A DNA stretch of 64,000 bases from the human T2T-CHM13v2.0 reference genome, Homo sapiens. The stretch's first letter is position 1. Each line of letters begins with the position of its first letter. The translations under genes and the position numbers were made by a program. A model generated the notes under the pieces. It worked only from the letters and a program-made list of their open reading frames with translations. It ran no database searches and was not told where the DNA came from. The DNA is taken from NCBI RefSeq assembly GCF_009914755.1, contig NC_060940.1. One strand, 5' to 3'. Positions 1 to 30,259 of this stretch are shown piece by piece.

Positions 1-2666
<2,666 letters not shown>

Positions 2667-2812
2667 TCATGCACATCTGCGTTAGGCAAATCTGGAAGAT
2701 TCTTCAAAGTTTTCCTGTTTCTCCCTGTCAGTTGGCAACAAAAATCACATATTTTAAAAAACAGGAAATTTATCAGAACAGACTCAAATAAGTGTATTTT
2801 CTATGTTAATGT

Positions 2813-3282
2813 TGATGCAGGGCAGGTGAGCCCCCAAATTGGGGCTTAGCCTGGGAGGGTTCTTGGCTTCACCCAGGAAAGAATTCAAGGGCGAGCCGGT
2901 GGTGTTAGACAGCAACTTATATTGGAGCGGCAGTGTCCAGCAGCAGCAGAGGGACTGCTCCCTGCCACACAGGGCTACTCCATAGGCAGTGTGCCCAGAG
3001 TAGCAGCTCAGAGGCAGTGCTGTCATCATATTTATACCCACTTTTAATTACATGCAAATTAAGGGGCAGATTATCCAGACTCTAGGAAAAGGGAGGTAAC
3101 TTCTGGGTGCTGGGTCATTGCCATGGAAAGGGGTGGTAACTCCCAGATGTTGCCATGGCCGCGGTAAACCGACCCGGTGCACTGGTGGGCGTGTTTTGTG
3201 AAAATCTGCTTCCACCCAGTCCCTGTTTTAGCTGGTCGTCAATTTGGTCTGCATCAGGAATCAAGTCCCACTTCCTATCTCA
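2813..3282 (-). mobile_element. ERV1-class solo LTR (subfamily not firmly assigned)
   Basis: TG...CA termini, 4-bp TSD ATGT (2809-2812 and 3283-3286), TATA and poly(A)-like motifs on the minus strand. Confidence 0.8.
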
Positions 3283-3335
3283 ATGTGATGGGAGAGGAGA
3301 CCCCCAATGAGGACTTTGAGACATTACAAAATGTT

Positions 3336-8480
<5,145 letters not shown>

Positions 8481-8834
8481 AGGGTTTAAAAATATTGCCC
8501 ACACTGACGCGCAAACAACACGACCGCCCCAGCAGGCAGACTCCTCCGATGCAAAAGCTTAGGTGACAGGCTGTCTTTCTTTTGTCCAGTCCTGAGCCAG
8601 ATGTGGGTTCTGGGCCAAGGAGGTGAAGCACGAGGCTCCCTCTGCTGCCTCCAGAGCTGTCCAGGGTTCCCCTCTGCGCCCCCAAAAGCGCAGGGTCACA
8701 CCAGTCGGGGAGGAAGGACCAGAGCGACTCTGCGCCCTCACCCCACCGCCTCCTTCTCTGTTTGCTCTCTGACCGGTGCCGTTTCATTGTTCCCTTCCTG
8801 GACGCCATCCCCTCGTCCAGACAATTCCCTGCAC

Positions 8835-9051
8835 CAGCTGCCAAGCAGCTGCCTGGCTATTTATAGCCTCTGTCATCAGCCCCTTCCTCCCGCCCTTGGC
8901 CCTACTCCTGGGACCACTCTCCCTACCCCCACCCACTTTCCAAGGGTCCGGCTGTGTCCAGCCAACCAGGAGAAGAGTGGGGACAGTAGAGGCTGAGTTC
9001 GTTGACAAATATCATACAACACAATTTTTAAAATGTTTCTGGAACATTCCA
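8835..9051. promoter_or_regulatory. Muscle-type enhancer/promoter module: 2x CAGCTG, MEF2/TATA, MEIS, CACC box, M-CAT
   Basis: CAGCTG 8835-8840 and 8846-8851; CTATTTATAG 8857-8866; CTGTCA 8870-8875; ACATTCCA 9044-9051. Confidence 0.6.
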
Positions 9052-9159
9052 GGACCCGTTGTTGTGGGGAGGGGCCTGCCCTTGCTGAGCTGGTCCCTTG
9101 GTCTCCTGAGGTGATCTCAACTGTGTCCATGGCTTTTGGACAAGGTGAGACGAACTTAA

Positions 9160-16217
<7,058 letters not shown>

Positions 16218-17596
16218 TAGACACCGAGTTGAGGATTTTCAGAGATCAGGCTTATTTGAGCAATTAAACATTTCTCCATTCTAAGCATACACTAGATAAT
16301 AAATATTCCACACATAATTTAAGCAATGAATCTTATGAAAAGAGCGACGGAGGGAGAAGGGGGAAAATACATTTTTCCTCGTGGTCACTTTCTGAACTAC
16401 TGTCTAAGCCTGACATTAAACTTACACCCTCCCCCTCCATCTGGGTTCTTCGTTCTTTCCTTGAAAAGGAGGAGGAAGGAAAAGAAACCGTTTGGCTGTA
16501 ATACCGCGCTCTGTTTCTGGCTGTTACCAGCAAAAACACTGTGGCCAATGATGCCCAGTTAGAACCTGGGCTTTCTAACCTGATAAACAGAAAAGCCTTC
16601 TGCCAACACTTCAATGGGGCATCCTGAGGCCAGAGGAGGCTCCAGGGGTTTTCAGCTCGTTGGCAGAAAAGCATAGCATAACAGCAGACTATCTTCCAGG
16701 TAGAGGCATATTTGCGTATGTGAAAACAGAATTTACTGGCGGAAAAGTCATTCTCTTGAAGTCAAAGCAGTGCCTGGTGATCTTGTTGCTGAAGGTTTAT
16801 CTACAGTCCTAGAGTCAGGGAGGGGGAGGGTGATGGCGGAATGGGGGTGGAGGCCACAGGCGGAGTGCAGAACCGTGGCATCCTGGGGCTTGAGGAAGGC
16901 AGGTGTGTCCTTGGAGAAGAATAAATGTCCTAGAGACGCAGAACCAAAGCTGGAGCTGGGCTGAGCTGAGACCCGAGGGTTCCCACAGGCCAGTTCTGGA
17001 GGAGATAGAGAAGGCTAGAAAGCCGTGGAGAATACGGGATGGGGGTCCTGGGAGGGCAGGGCTAGGGGGCGGTTCAGGTGCGTCTTGGCACAAGCATGTC
17101 TGTGCCCCCGGGCGTCCTGAGCAGAGCGGGGTGTCAGGGCGGGGCGCGGGCATTTCGCTCCTCTCTCCCTGAACCCTTTCACATCCTTCCCGATCCTGTT
17201 TTGCGTTATCCCAGGATCACACGCACAAATCCAAACAAACTTTTCTGGTCCCGTTCATCTCCCTCTCATCCTAGAGGGCACGGATTTTGTTTGATGAGAA
17301 AATAAAGAAGGTCAGAGGGAGACAGGACACAGAAACAGCAGCTCTCGGGAGGGCAGCTGGAGGCCGGGCTAGGGCTGCCTCCACTGTGCCAGGGCTGGGG
17401 GGGATTGGCAGAGACGTCTGGGTCCCCAACCATCGGCTCTTCCCTCAAAGAGCAGCGGGGGCTCTGCGGGAGGATACACTACCCTGAAAGACTCTCACCA
17501 GCCAACCCAAGCCAGTGTTTGTTCTGCCTGGCTCTGGGACCCTCCCGCCAGGACCCCAAACACTGCCGAGGGAGGAATTTTAAAAATAAAATGGAT

Positions 17597-21418
<3,822 letters not shown>

Positions 21419-22002
21419 CTAACCCCTGGAAGATCCATAGTTTGGCCTCAGATGCGGGAGTGTGGTGAACTCCCAAGAAGTGTAGAAAATGGCATGTGTG
21501 TTTTTCTGGGAAGAGGCTCTATGACTTTAAACAGATTCTGAAGGGGCTTTGTGACTTCCTCAAAACACCTGGGACCCCAGTGATCTGTGTACCTGCAATC
21601 ACTCTTTCCTTTTCAGAAAACCTACTTTTTCCCCCTCAATTCCTTCTCTAAGGATGTTGCAGAAAACTATTTAGGAGGCCTGACAGGGAAAATCTCACAA
21701 GCAAAACTTGTCCTGCAACCTTACTTTTATTGTTTAAAAAATTCTGTGTAAAAATAAATACTTTTCAACTCAAGTTAACTGGAGCAAATAGATCCAATTA
21801 AAAAAATAACATAAACACAAACAGGGTTTTCTACTTGCCCTGTTTCTGAAGTCATGACGTGAAAGAAAGGCAAACCCACCCAGGTGAGCCACAGATCGCA
21901 GAAAACACGAGCTGTCCAAGGAAGACCGCCCTCCTCTCTGAAGCAGTGCTCATCTTTTCAATAAGAAAACACCAGGCATCATATATTTAAATTTTAGAAT
22001 AT

Positions 22003-22008
22003 TTTAAT
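22003..22008 (-). terminator. Likely main poly(A) signal ATTAAA of ADCY9 (a spare AATAAA lies at 21726-21731)
   Basis: tttaat on + strand; downstream minus-strand GGTGTTTTCTT GU-rich element. Confidence 0.6.
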
Positions 22009-22305
22009 GTCCATTTCTTCAGTGAATGCATTTTGAAATTATTAGAATTAACAATTTAAAAAGAGCAGATAAAAGGATATATGGAAAATGCAAACAGTCG
22101 GTTCTTGCTAATTCAATTTCAGATTCTAGGCATGATGTGATTTTCCAAACAACCAATTAAAAAAAACTCCTTACCTCGAAAATCTAGAAATTCAAATGCA
22201 GACGTGTCTTTGGAAACTACAAATGATTACAGCCCATGTGACAGGAAGCACGCGGCCTTCGGCTCTCCGGATCGTGTGCAAATGTGCAGGGGGAGCCCCC
22301 GCGGG

Positions 22306-22313
22306 TGACGTCA
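22306..22313. promoter_or_regulatory. Full palindromic CRE TGACGTCA in 3' UTR DNA
   Basis: Exact motif; function unknown. Confidence 0.35.
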
Positions 22314-22430
22314 GTGTGGATGAAGTCACGGGTGTGGCAGAGCCTGTGGGGCTCTCAAGCTATTCGAGGGTTTTGTAACTGATGCTCTACATTTGTTTGC
22401 ATTGGATAAAATTGTGTGTGCTTGTTTACC

Positions 22431-22454
22431 ATATATATATATATATATATATAT
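22431..22454. repeat. (AT)12 in the 3' UTR
   Basis: Direct. Confidence 0.95.
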
Positions 22455-22516
22455 GGATATATAATTCGATCTGAGCTGGGACTGAGAAGAAAATAGCAAT
22501 TGCAACTCAAAGCAAC

Positions 22517-22538
22517 TATTTACACACATTCAATGCTG
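22517..22538 (-). promoter_or_regulatory. Extended miR-181 site (22526-22538) adjacent to a Pumilio element UGUAAAUA (22517-22524)
   Basis: + strand TATTTACA-C-ACATTCAATGCTG; compare miR-181a/b nt 2-14 ACAUUCAACGCUG / ACAUUCAUUGCUG. Confidence 0.65.
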
Positions 22539-23137
22539 AAGTATTGCTTCCTGCCCTAAGTTCCTAAGAGGTATTGCCACCCTGAAGCACGACCCATGCC
22601 GTCAGCAGCCCTCGTGCCAGCTGCTTAGAAACTCGTGTCTCCAGCACGATGTGCTCGCTGCCAACAGACAAGAGATGCACGGCGTTTCCGCTGCAGAGAT
22701 TCTGTGGTTCTGCACTGAGGTATGCATCGGAGCAGGGGACGGGGAGGACCCGAGGGGCTTCGTGGCCCAGAGAGAACGTCTGCACTGGCTGTTTAGGAAG
22801 GCTCAGGGTGTTTGAAAGACAACGTTAAGCTCTGGGTGAGTCTGCACGGGGCTGAACCAGACTCCACTTTGCAGCTCCTTGGTTTCCCGGGGTGAGGAAT
22901 CACAAACACCTTTGTGGTTGGGGAAGGAAATGGGCTTGATGGGGAAGAAGTGTGTGCGGAGAACTTTGCGGAGCATGTTCTGAGCGAGACAGCAAGGTCG
23001 TGAGCAAACGCCCAGCCCCTCAAAGCTACACAGCCTGGAGGGGAAAGGGGAGGGGAGGACATTCAAATATACACCTTAATACTGATGCAGAAAGAGCTTC
23101 ATGTGACCACAATCCCCACGAACAAGGAAAGCATCAG

Positions 23138-23146
23138 GTAGTGTTT
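23138..23146 (-). promoter_or_regulatory. miR-142-3p site (match to nt 2-10)
   Basis: + strand GTAGTGTTT; AC9 is a reported miR-142-3p target. Confidence 0.65.
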
Positions 23147-24193
23147 TTTAAGGAAAAAAAAAAATCTGCGGTGTTTTATAATACATTCTTTAGAAGCAAG
23201 AGGTATTGTCACAACCACCCTTTCTTCGGTATTGGAAGACCAGCAAACTGACAGTCACACCTGACAGGAAACCTTACAGCTAATGGGGGGAGGTGCCCTG
23301 GACTCTCAGGACGCCGGGACCCCGGCTCTGGCTGTCCTGATGGGTGGCCATCCCAGGCACCGCCCCTGGAGAGGTGGCGGGTCAGAATTGTGACTTCTTC
23401 ATGCCGGGGAGGGCAATCTGTATGTCTTTGGGGAGGAGTAGTGATGATGGGGACTGATGCGGTGTGAAAACGAGACAGTGAGATTTGACAGCGGAAAGCA
23501 AAATGCACAGGGACAACGGGCAAGACTGACAAGGAGTGCACCCTGGGCCTCATCGGCGTCCCGGGGTCCCCTGAAAGACTGGCTACAACTCCGACCGGAC
23601 AACTCGGGCGAGCTCACTTCCACACAAACTTCAGACTCAATATGGCAAAACATAATCAGACAGGACCAGCAGCCAACTGCCCGGACGGAGCTCCCCCACA
23701 CCACCCTCGGGATTCCGCCCCTAACAAACCCCGCGTTTGCATCCAGATGCCTCTGTCCCTAGATACGGTGTGAGAACTCCATTTCAGAGCTGGAATTTGC
23801 TCCCCAGATTAAATCCTGCCACTGATAGGCCCTGTGCCATCTGAGAGCGGGAGGCAGCCAAGAAACTTCTGGAATTTGTGGAAGCCAAGATGGCACCGGT
23901 GCTGCCGGCACAGACCCCCGTGGTTCTGAGCTGGACCCCGGCAGGGAGGAGCCCCCGTGGGTGGCAGGGGCAGCTGGTGGGCTTCTCCTATTCCCCTAGC
24001 CTCAGAATTGCACTGGCCATGCTTTGAGGTCCCACTCAGACCCCTCTTGGGGTGGGGAGGTTGGGGGCGGCCCCAGGTGGCCAAAACACAAAAGAGACAT
24101 CTGGTTACCTTCCTGGGAACTGCCCTCCCCTGTGGCTATGACCCCCCACCCTGAGGACCCAGCACCCCTCCCGGGAGCGCACATGCTTCCGGG

Positions 24194-24233
24194 TAAATAA
24201 ATAAATAAATAAATGCAACCTCGGATGTTTATT
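24194..24233 (-). promoter_or_regulatory. Proximal AAUAAA (24228-24233) followed by a class II AU-rich element (5 overlapping AUUUA, 24194-24214)
   Basis: mRNA-sense AAAUAAACAUCCGAGGUUGCAUUUAUUUAUUUAUUUAUUUA. Confidence 0.6.
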
Positions 24234-25085
24234 TGGTATTTCCCTCTCCGATGAGTCAGCTTCCAGGACCAACGCCTCCACTCCCGACGGGGAGACCCCT
24301 GGGTGGAGGGTCGGGGGTGAGAGGCGGCTCTGAGACCCCCGAGGCCTGGGCACACGGGCGTCGTGCCCGGCTGGCATTTGCTGTCTTGGCCTGCATGCAT
24401 GTGGGCGAGCCCCTAAACCCGCTCAGTGCAGGGAGCGCGGCTCACCCACAGCCCACGGGGCGCGGTGCTCGGGAAAGTGCGGGTGGGCAATGGGGGGTGG
24501 CGGAGCTGTCGTGACATGCCCCCTTCGCACCCCCTCTTGGCGGATTACTGGCACTTTATATCAGATTCATGAATGCAAGTGTGTGTGCGCATGTGTGCTT
24601 ACATAGAGAGGTCGGGTCGTAGGGGGACACTGTGACATAGACAGAAACAAAATAAACTCAAAAACAGGGTATTAGCCAGAGAACCGAAAATAGTGTCTCG
24701 TGGGACGTGGGAAAAAGCAATAAAAATGAGATCTTAACCACAGCTTTTGTTCTAAAAGTCAAATAATACCCAAAGCCATGATCTCCACTGGCGGCCTCTG
24801 TCCCGAGACTCGAGGCTGAGGCCAGCCCTGAAGGCACTTGTTCTCCACCACGTGCTGAACGGATGACCCAGAGGCAGCGGGGTTTCCAGGGAAGGGAGCG
24901 AAAGGGAAGAATGGATGAAAATGAACCCTGAATAACTGTGATCCACACAGAAGTTAGGGCTGAAATGACCACATAACACCACGTCCGGGGAGGGCAACTG
25001 TGGCGCTTGGAAAGCACAACAGCCAAATACAAATATTACTGTGTTTCGACAAACAGAGCACCTCGGGCAGCGGGTGGGCGCCGCC

Positions 25086-26277
25086 TCACACACTCTTTGA
25101 AACGTTGAGCTTGGTGAGTTCGTTGGCTTCTTCTATTCCTGTTTCGTCACAGTCGTCTTTCTCTATGGCTTTGCCAAATCGACCCCTTTCTTCGGCTTTG
25201 ACGGGCTCCTTCCACGGTCTCTTGGGGGACAGGTGGGCATCCTTGGCCTGCGTGCTGCTGTCAGAACCCAGAGATGTCTTGTCCACATACTGGACAGAAG
25301 GCACCAGGTTGGCAATCTCGTCTGTGGGAGACCGTCCGATGCTGCCATCCACCTGGACACGGATGTCTGGGGAGATGGACAGCTGGTGCTGTGGGATGAC
25401 CCTGTGATCCGTGCACTTTGGGTACAGGTAGGTCTTCATCTGGCCTTTCCCCTTGACATTCACGGTCCCTCTGTAGTCGAAGTCATAGCCCATCTTGCTC
25501 AAGACGCGGTAGCTCTCTTCGCTCACCTGGATGCGGCACTCCACGCCGGTGGTGTCCATCCTGCTGGCGATGTTGACGGTGTCTCCCCAGATGTCGTACA
25601 GCAGCTTGGTGGTGCCGATGACCCCGGCCGTGAGGGGCCCATGGTTGAAGCCGACGCGGAGCTTGAAGTTGAACCACAGCATGTTGCTGTTGAAGTCGTC
25701 CACCACGCGCATCATCTCCTTGGCGAACTCGAACAGGATCTGCAGGTGCTCCTGCGGGTGGCTGCCGTCCTGGGCCTGCGCGGTGTTCAGCCCTGACGCC
25801 GCCATGTACGTGGCTCCGATGGTCTTGATCTTCTCGATGCTGCTGTAGTCCGGCTTGCTTAGGAGCTCGTCAAAGTCCCCGATGAGCTCGTTGAGGACCC
25901 GGTAGCACTCCTTGCCGCCCTCGTAGTTCTCCTCGTAGAACTCGCTGAAGTTGACGATGCTGGCGAAGATCACCCCTCCGCTGTCGTGGTTCTTGGAGTA
26001 GGTCTGGGACACCTTCAGCTGCTCAGCCACGTGGTAGGGGATGATGTTCCTCAGCAGCCAGTCTGCCTGGTCCCGCATGCTCTGGATCTTGGTGCGGTGA
26101 AGATCCGCTTCCACGTCTCCGTGGTAGTGGAGGCGGTAGCTGACTTCAAATTCGCGATTCAGGAACCAGACCAACAAGAGCAGGAGAAAGAAGACGAGAA
26201 CCACCTCCTGGCCGATGAGGCTGGCGGGCCGCCGGAGGTCACGCGGCACCGAACTATTGCACGGGTTCCTCTCGGAA
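25086..26277 (-). CDS. ADCY9: ADCY9 last coding exon 11: TM12, C2a catalytic domain, C2b tail, TGA stop
   Basis: Acceptor ctccag|T; class III cyclase motifs IEKIKTIGATYMAASGL and LYDIWGDTVNIASRMDTTG; AC9-type Tyr1082 (25902-25904) and Ala1112 (25812-25814) at the forskolin pocket. Confidence 0.99.
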
Positions 26278-26350
26278 CTGGAGAGCAAAGACACGGGAAA
26301 GGGAGAGGTTACTGCTCGGCGCTTCCAAGCTCAGAACAGCCCCGCTAGCT
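25440..26350. other. CpG-rich (island-like) segment over exon 11
   Basis: Visibly dense CpG and high GC3 compared with the flanks; not computed. Confidence 0.6.
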
Positions 26351-28878
26351 ACGCAAAGCTTTGTTGAGTCCAGGCCTTCAACAACCTGAAGCTGTCAAGC
26401 TGCCCATTCCTGGTTTGGGCTGGCTGAAGGTATGGAGGGATAAAGACTAACTTTTGAAACTGATTGATTTCATTTTGTTAAATAGAGGTGGGGTCTCACT
26501 GTGTTGCCCAGGCTGGTCTTGCACTCCTGGGCTCAAGCAATTTTCCTGCCTTGGCCTCCCAAAGTGCTGGAATTACAGGCGTGAGCTGCTGTGCCCAGCC
26601 CTGTAACTAACATCTTTAGTAAGTGCTTGGTAATCGTTTTTCTTTTCTTTTTCTTTTTCTTTTTTTTTAGAAGTCTTTAGCTTCTTTCAAAAATCTTTTC
26701 TTTTCTCTCTCTCCTTTGTTTTTTTAGAGACATGGTTGTTGTCCAGGCTGGAGTGCAATGGCACAATCATGGCTCACTGCAGCCTTAAACTCCTGGGCTC
26801 AAACGATCCTCCTGCCCAGCCTCCTAAGTAGCTGGGATTACACGCATGTACCACCACACCTAGCTAATTAAAAAATTTTTTTTTTGAAGAGACAGGGTCT
26901 TGCTGGTTGCCAAGGCTGGTCTTAAACTCGTAACTTCAAGCCATCCTCCCACCTTGGCCTTCCAAAGTGCTGGGATTACAGGCTTGAACTGTGCTTGGCC
27001 TAACATCTTTTTTTTTTTTTTTTTTTAAGATTGAGTCTTGCTCTGTTGCCCAGGCTAGAGTGCAGTGGTGCGATCTTGGCTCACTGCACCCTCTGCTTCC
27101 TGAGTTCAAGTGATCCTCCTGCCTCAGCCTCCTGAATAGCTGGGACTATAGGTGTGTGCCACCATGCCTGGCTAATTTTTGTATTTTTAGTAGAGACAGG
27201 GTTTCATCATGTTGGCCAGGCTGGTCTCAAACTCCTGACCTCAAAGTGATCAGCTTGCCTTAAAGTGCTGGGATTACAGGTGTGAGCCACTGCACCCGGC
27301 TTTTTGCTGAATGAACTTTTTGAAAGTAAGTTGCTGACATGGCACTTCAGCTCTAAATATTTCAGCATGTATCTCCTAAGAATAAGGATATTTCCCTATG
27401 TAACTACAATATCATCATCATACCCAAGAAATTTAACATTCTCTGATATATTTGGTTCTTAGATTTCTTTTTTTTTGAGACGGAGTTTTGCTCTTGTTGC
27501 TGGTGAGATCTTGGCTCACTACAACCTCCGCCTCCCGGGTTCAAGTGATTCTCCTGCCTCAGCCTCCCCAGTAGCTGGGTTCACAGACATGTGCCACCAC
27601 ACCCAGCTAATTTTGTATTTTTAGTAGAGACGGGGTTTCTCCATGTTGGTCAGGCTTGTCTCAAACTCCCGACCTCAGGTGATCCGCCCACCTCAGCCTC
27701 CCAAAGTGCTGGGATTACAGGTGTGAGCCACCGCGCCTGGCCTTGGTTCTTAGATTTCTAATCCAATAAACTTATCATTTTACAAATAGCTTTTATGAGT
27801 TCTATACTCTCTACCTGTATAAAAAAGTTTGACAAGACGCCATCTCCCCTGATTCTGGGTTAGTTCTTTTTGCCGAAATCACTCAGGACAATGCTAACAT
27901 CTGAACCAGTGCCATTATTTTCTCATGGCTGTGCAGTGTTCCAGCACTCGGAAATTCTGTAATTTAGCCAGATTCCCCCTGATGGAACTGGGCCCGAGTC
28001 TGTCTTTTCTTACCACAAACAGTGTCACAGGGAATATTCCCCTACCCCTATCTTTGTGCGTATGGAAGTGCTGAGTCATTTTAAATATTGCACATTTAGA
28101 ATTTCCTTAGAAATTTCCAAATTGCCCTTCTAAACAAGGCTGAACCAGTTTCTGCTTTTTTTTTTCTTTTTTTTGAGAAGGAGTCTCGCTTTGTTGCCCA
28201 GGTTAAAGTGCAGTGGCGTGATCTCGCCTCACCACAAACTCCGCCTCCTGGGTTCAAGCAATTCTCCTGCTTCAGCCTTCTGTGTAGCTCGGACTACAGG
28301 TGCACGCCACCATGCCCAGATTATTTTTGTACTTTTACTAGAGACAGGTTGGTCTCAAACTCGTGACCTCGTGTTCCACCCGCCTCGGCCTCCCAAAGTG
28401 CTGGGATCACAGGCGTGAGCCACCGCGCCCAGCCTCTGCTCCCTTTGATAACTGAGCCTGCTTTCAGCGGGGCTGTCTCCACTTCAGTGGCACTGATGGA
28501 GACAGCCATGGTCAGGGGGCTGCAGGTGAGTGGTGAGTAGCACAATTTCTTTTTTTCTTTTTCTTTTTTCTTTTTTGAGACAGAGTCTCACTCTCTAGCC
28601 CGGGCTGGCATGCAGTGGTGTGATCTCAGCTCACTGCAACCTCCACCTCCTGGGCTCAATGATTCTTGCGGCCCAGCCTCCTGAGTAGTGTGCGCCACCA
28701 GGCCCAGCTAATTTTTGTATTTTTTTTTTGGTAGAAACGGGGTTTCACCATGTTGGCTGGGCTGGTCTCAAACTCCTGACCTAAAGTGATCTGCCCGCCT
28801 CGACCTCCCAAAGTGCTGGGATTACAGGTGTGAGCCACCACACCTGGCTGAGTAGCACAATTTCTTAAAGTTTGTTTG

Positions 28879-28879
<1 letters not shown>

Positions 28880-28930
<51 letters not shown>
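28880..28930. repeat. (AT)~25
   Basis: Direct. Confidence 0.95.
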
Positions 28931-28934
<4 letters not shown>

Positions 28935-29440
28935 TTTTTTTTTTTTAAGAAGAGACAGGGTCTGTCTCTGTCATCCAAGCTGGACTGCAGTGGTGCGATC
29001 CTAGCTCACTGCAGCTTTGACCTCCCAGGCTAAAGCGATCCTCCCGCCTCAGCCTCCAGATTAGCTGGGACTACAGGCACACACCACCACACCTGGCTAA
29101 TTTTTTGAACTTTTTGTAGAGATGAGGTCTTACTATGTTGCCCAGGCTGGTCTCAAACTCCTGGGTTCAAACTGTTCTGCTTCTGCCTCCCCAGTGTGCT
29201 GGAATACATTTTTTCCCATTTAAAAATACTACATACTCATCATAGAAAATGTAGAAAAAAATAGACAAAAAAGATTTGTCCATCGTCCTGCCATCCAGAG
29301 GCAATCACTATTAACATTTGTTGAACTGCATTCTAGTCTTTTTCTTTTTTACAACACCGTGACTGTTCTGTTCATGTAAATGCTGTACCCTGATGCATTC
29401 CTCCCGCGCACAGAGTAGGCCAGTTGATTTGATGCAATAA

Positions 29441-29773
<333 letters not shown>

Positions 29774-29812
29774 TAGCTGGGACTACAGGTGTGCGCCACC
29801 ATACTTGGCTAA

Positions 29813-29974
<162 letters not shown>

Positions 29975-30259
29975 TAATAAGTTTCACTAACTGTTCTTGG
30001 GATATTAAAAAACAATGAGCTTGACCTGTGTGGCCATCACGGCCCTCTGTGAAGCACAACCGCCAAAAGCCCTGGCCGTGGGTGGAACAGAACCCCTGGG
30101 CCCCATCCTGGCTGGACCGCGGGGGAGTTTCAGAATCTTGGGTAAGCCATGCCATCTTTCTGGGTCTCAGTTTCCTCGCTTGTAAGCTGTGAAGATGGAC
30201 TGGAGCATGGCTACGTCCCTTCCAGCCTAAGGTTCCGTGCAGGAAAGGCCTGAGGCTGC

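Larger units (their letters stand above)
21980..25085 (-). other. ADCY9: ADCY9 3' UTR (~3.1 kb, Alu-free); 3' end approximate
   Basis: Follows the stop codon; repeat-free; ends after ATTAAA with a GU/U-rich downstream element. Confidence 0.8.

Noticed and set aside
25086-25100. C-terminal SKSV as a class I PDZ ligand
   Set aside because: Position -2 is Lys, not Ser/Thr
25233-25796. 187-aa and other plus-strand ORFs over exon 11
   Set aside because: Antisense shadow frames of a high-GC3 coding exon
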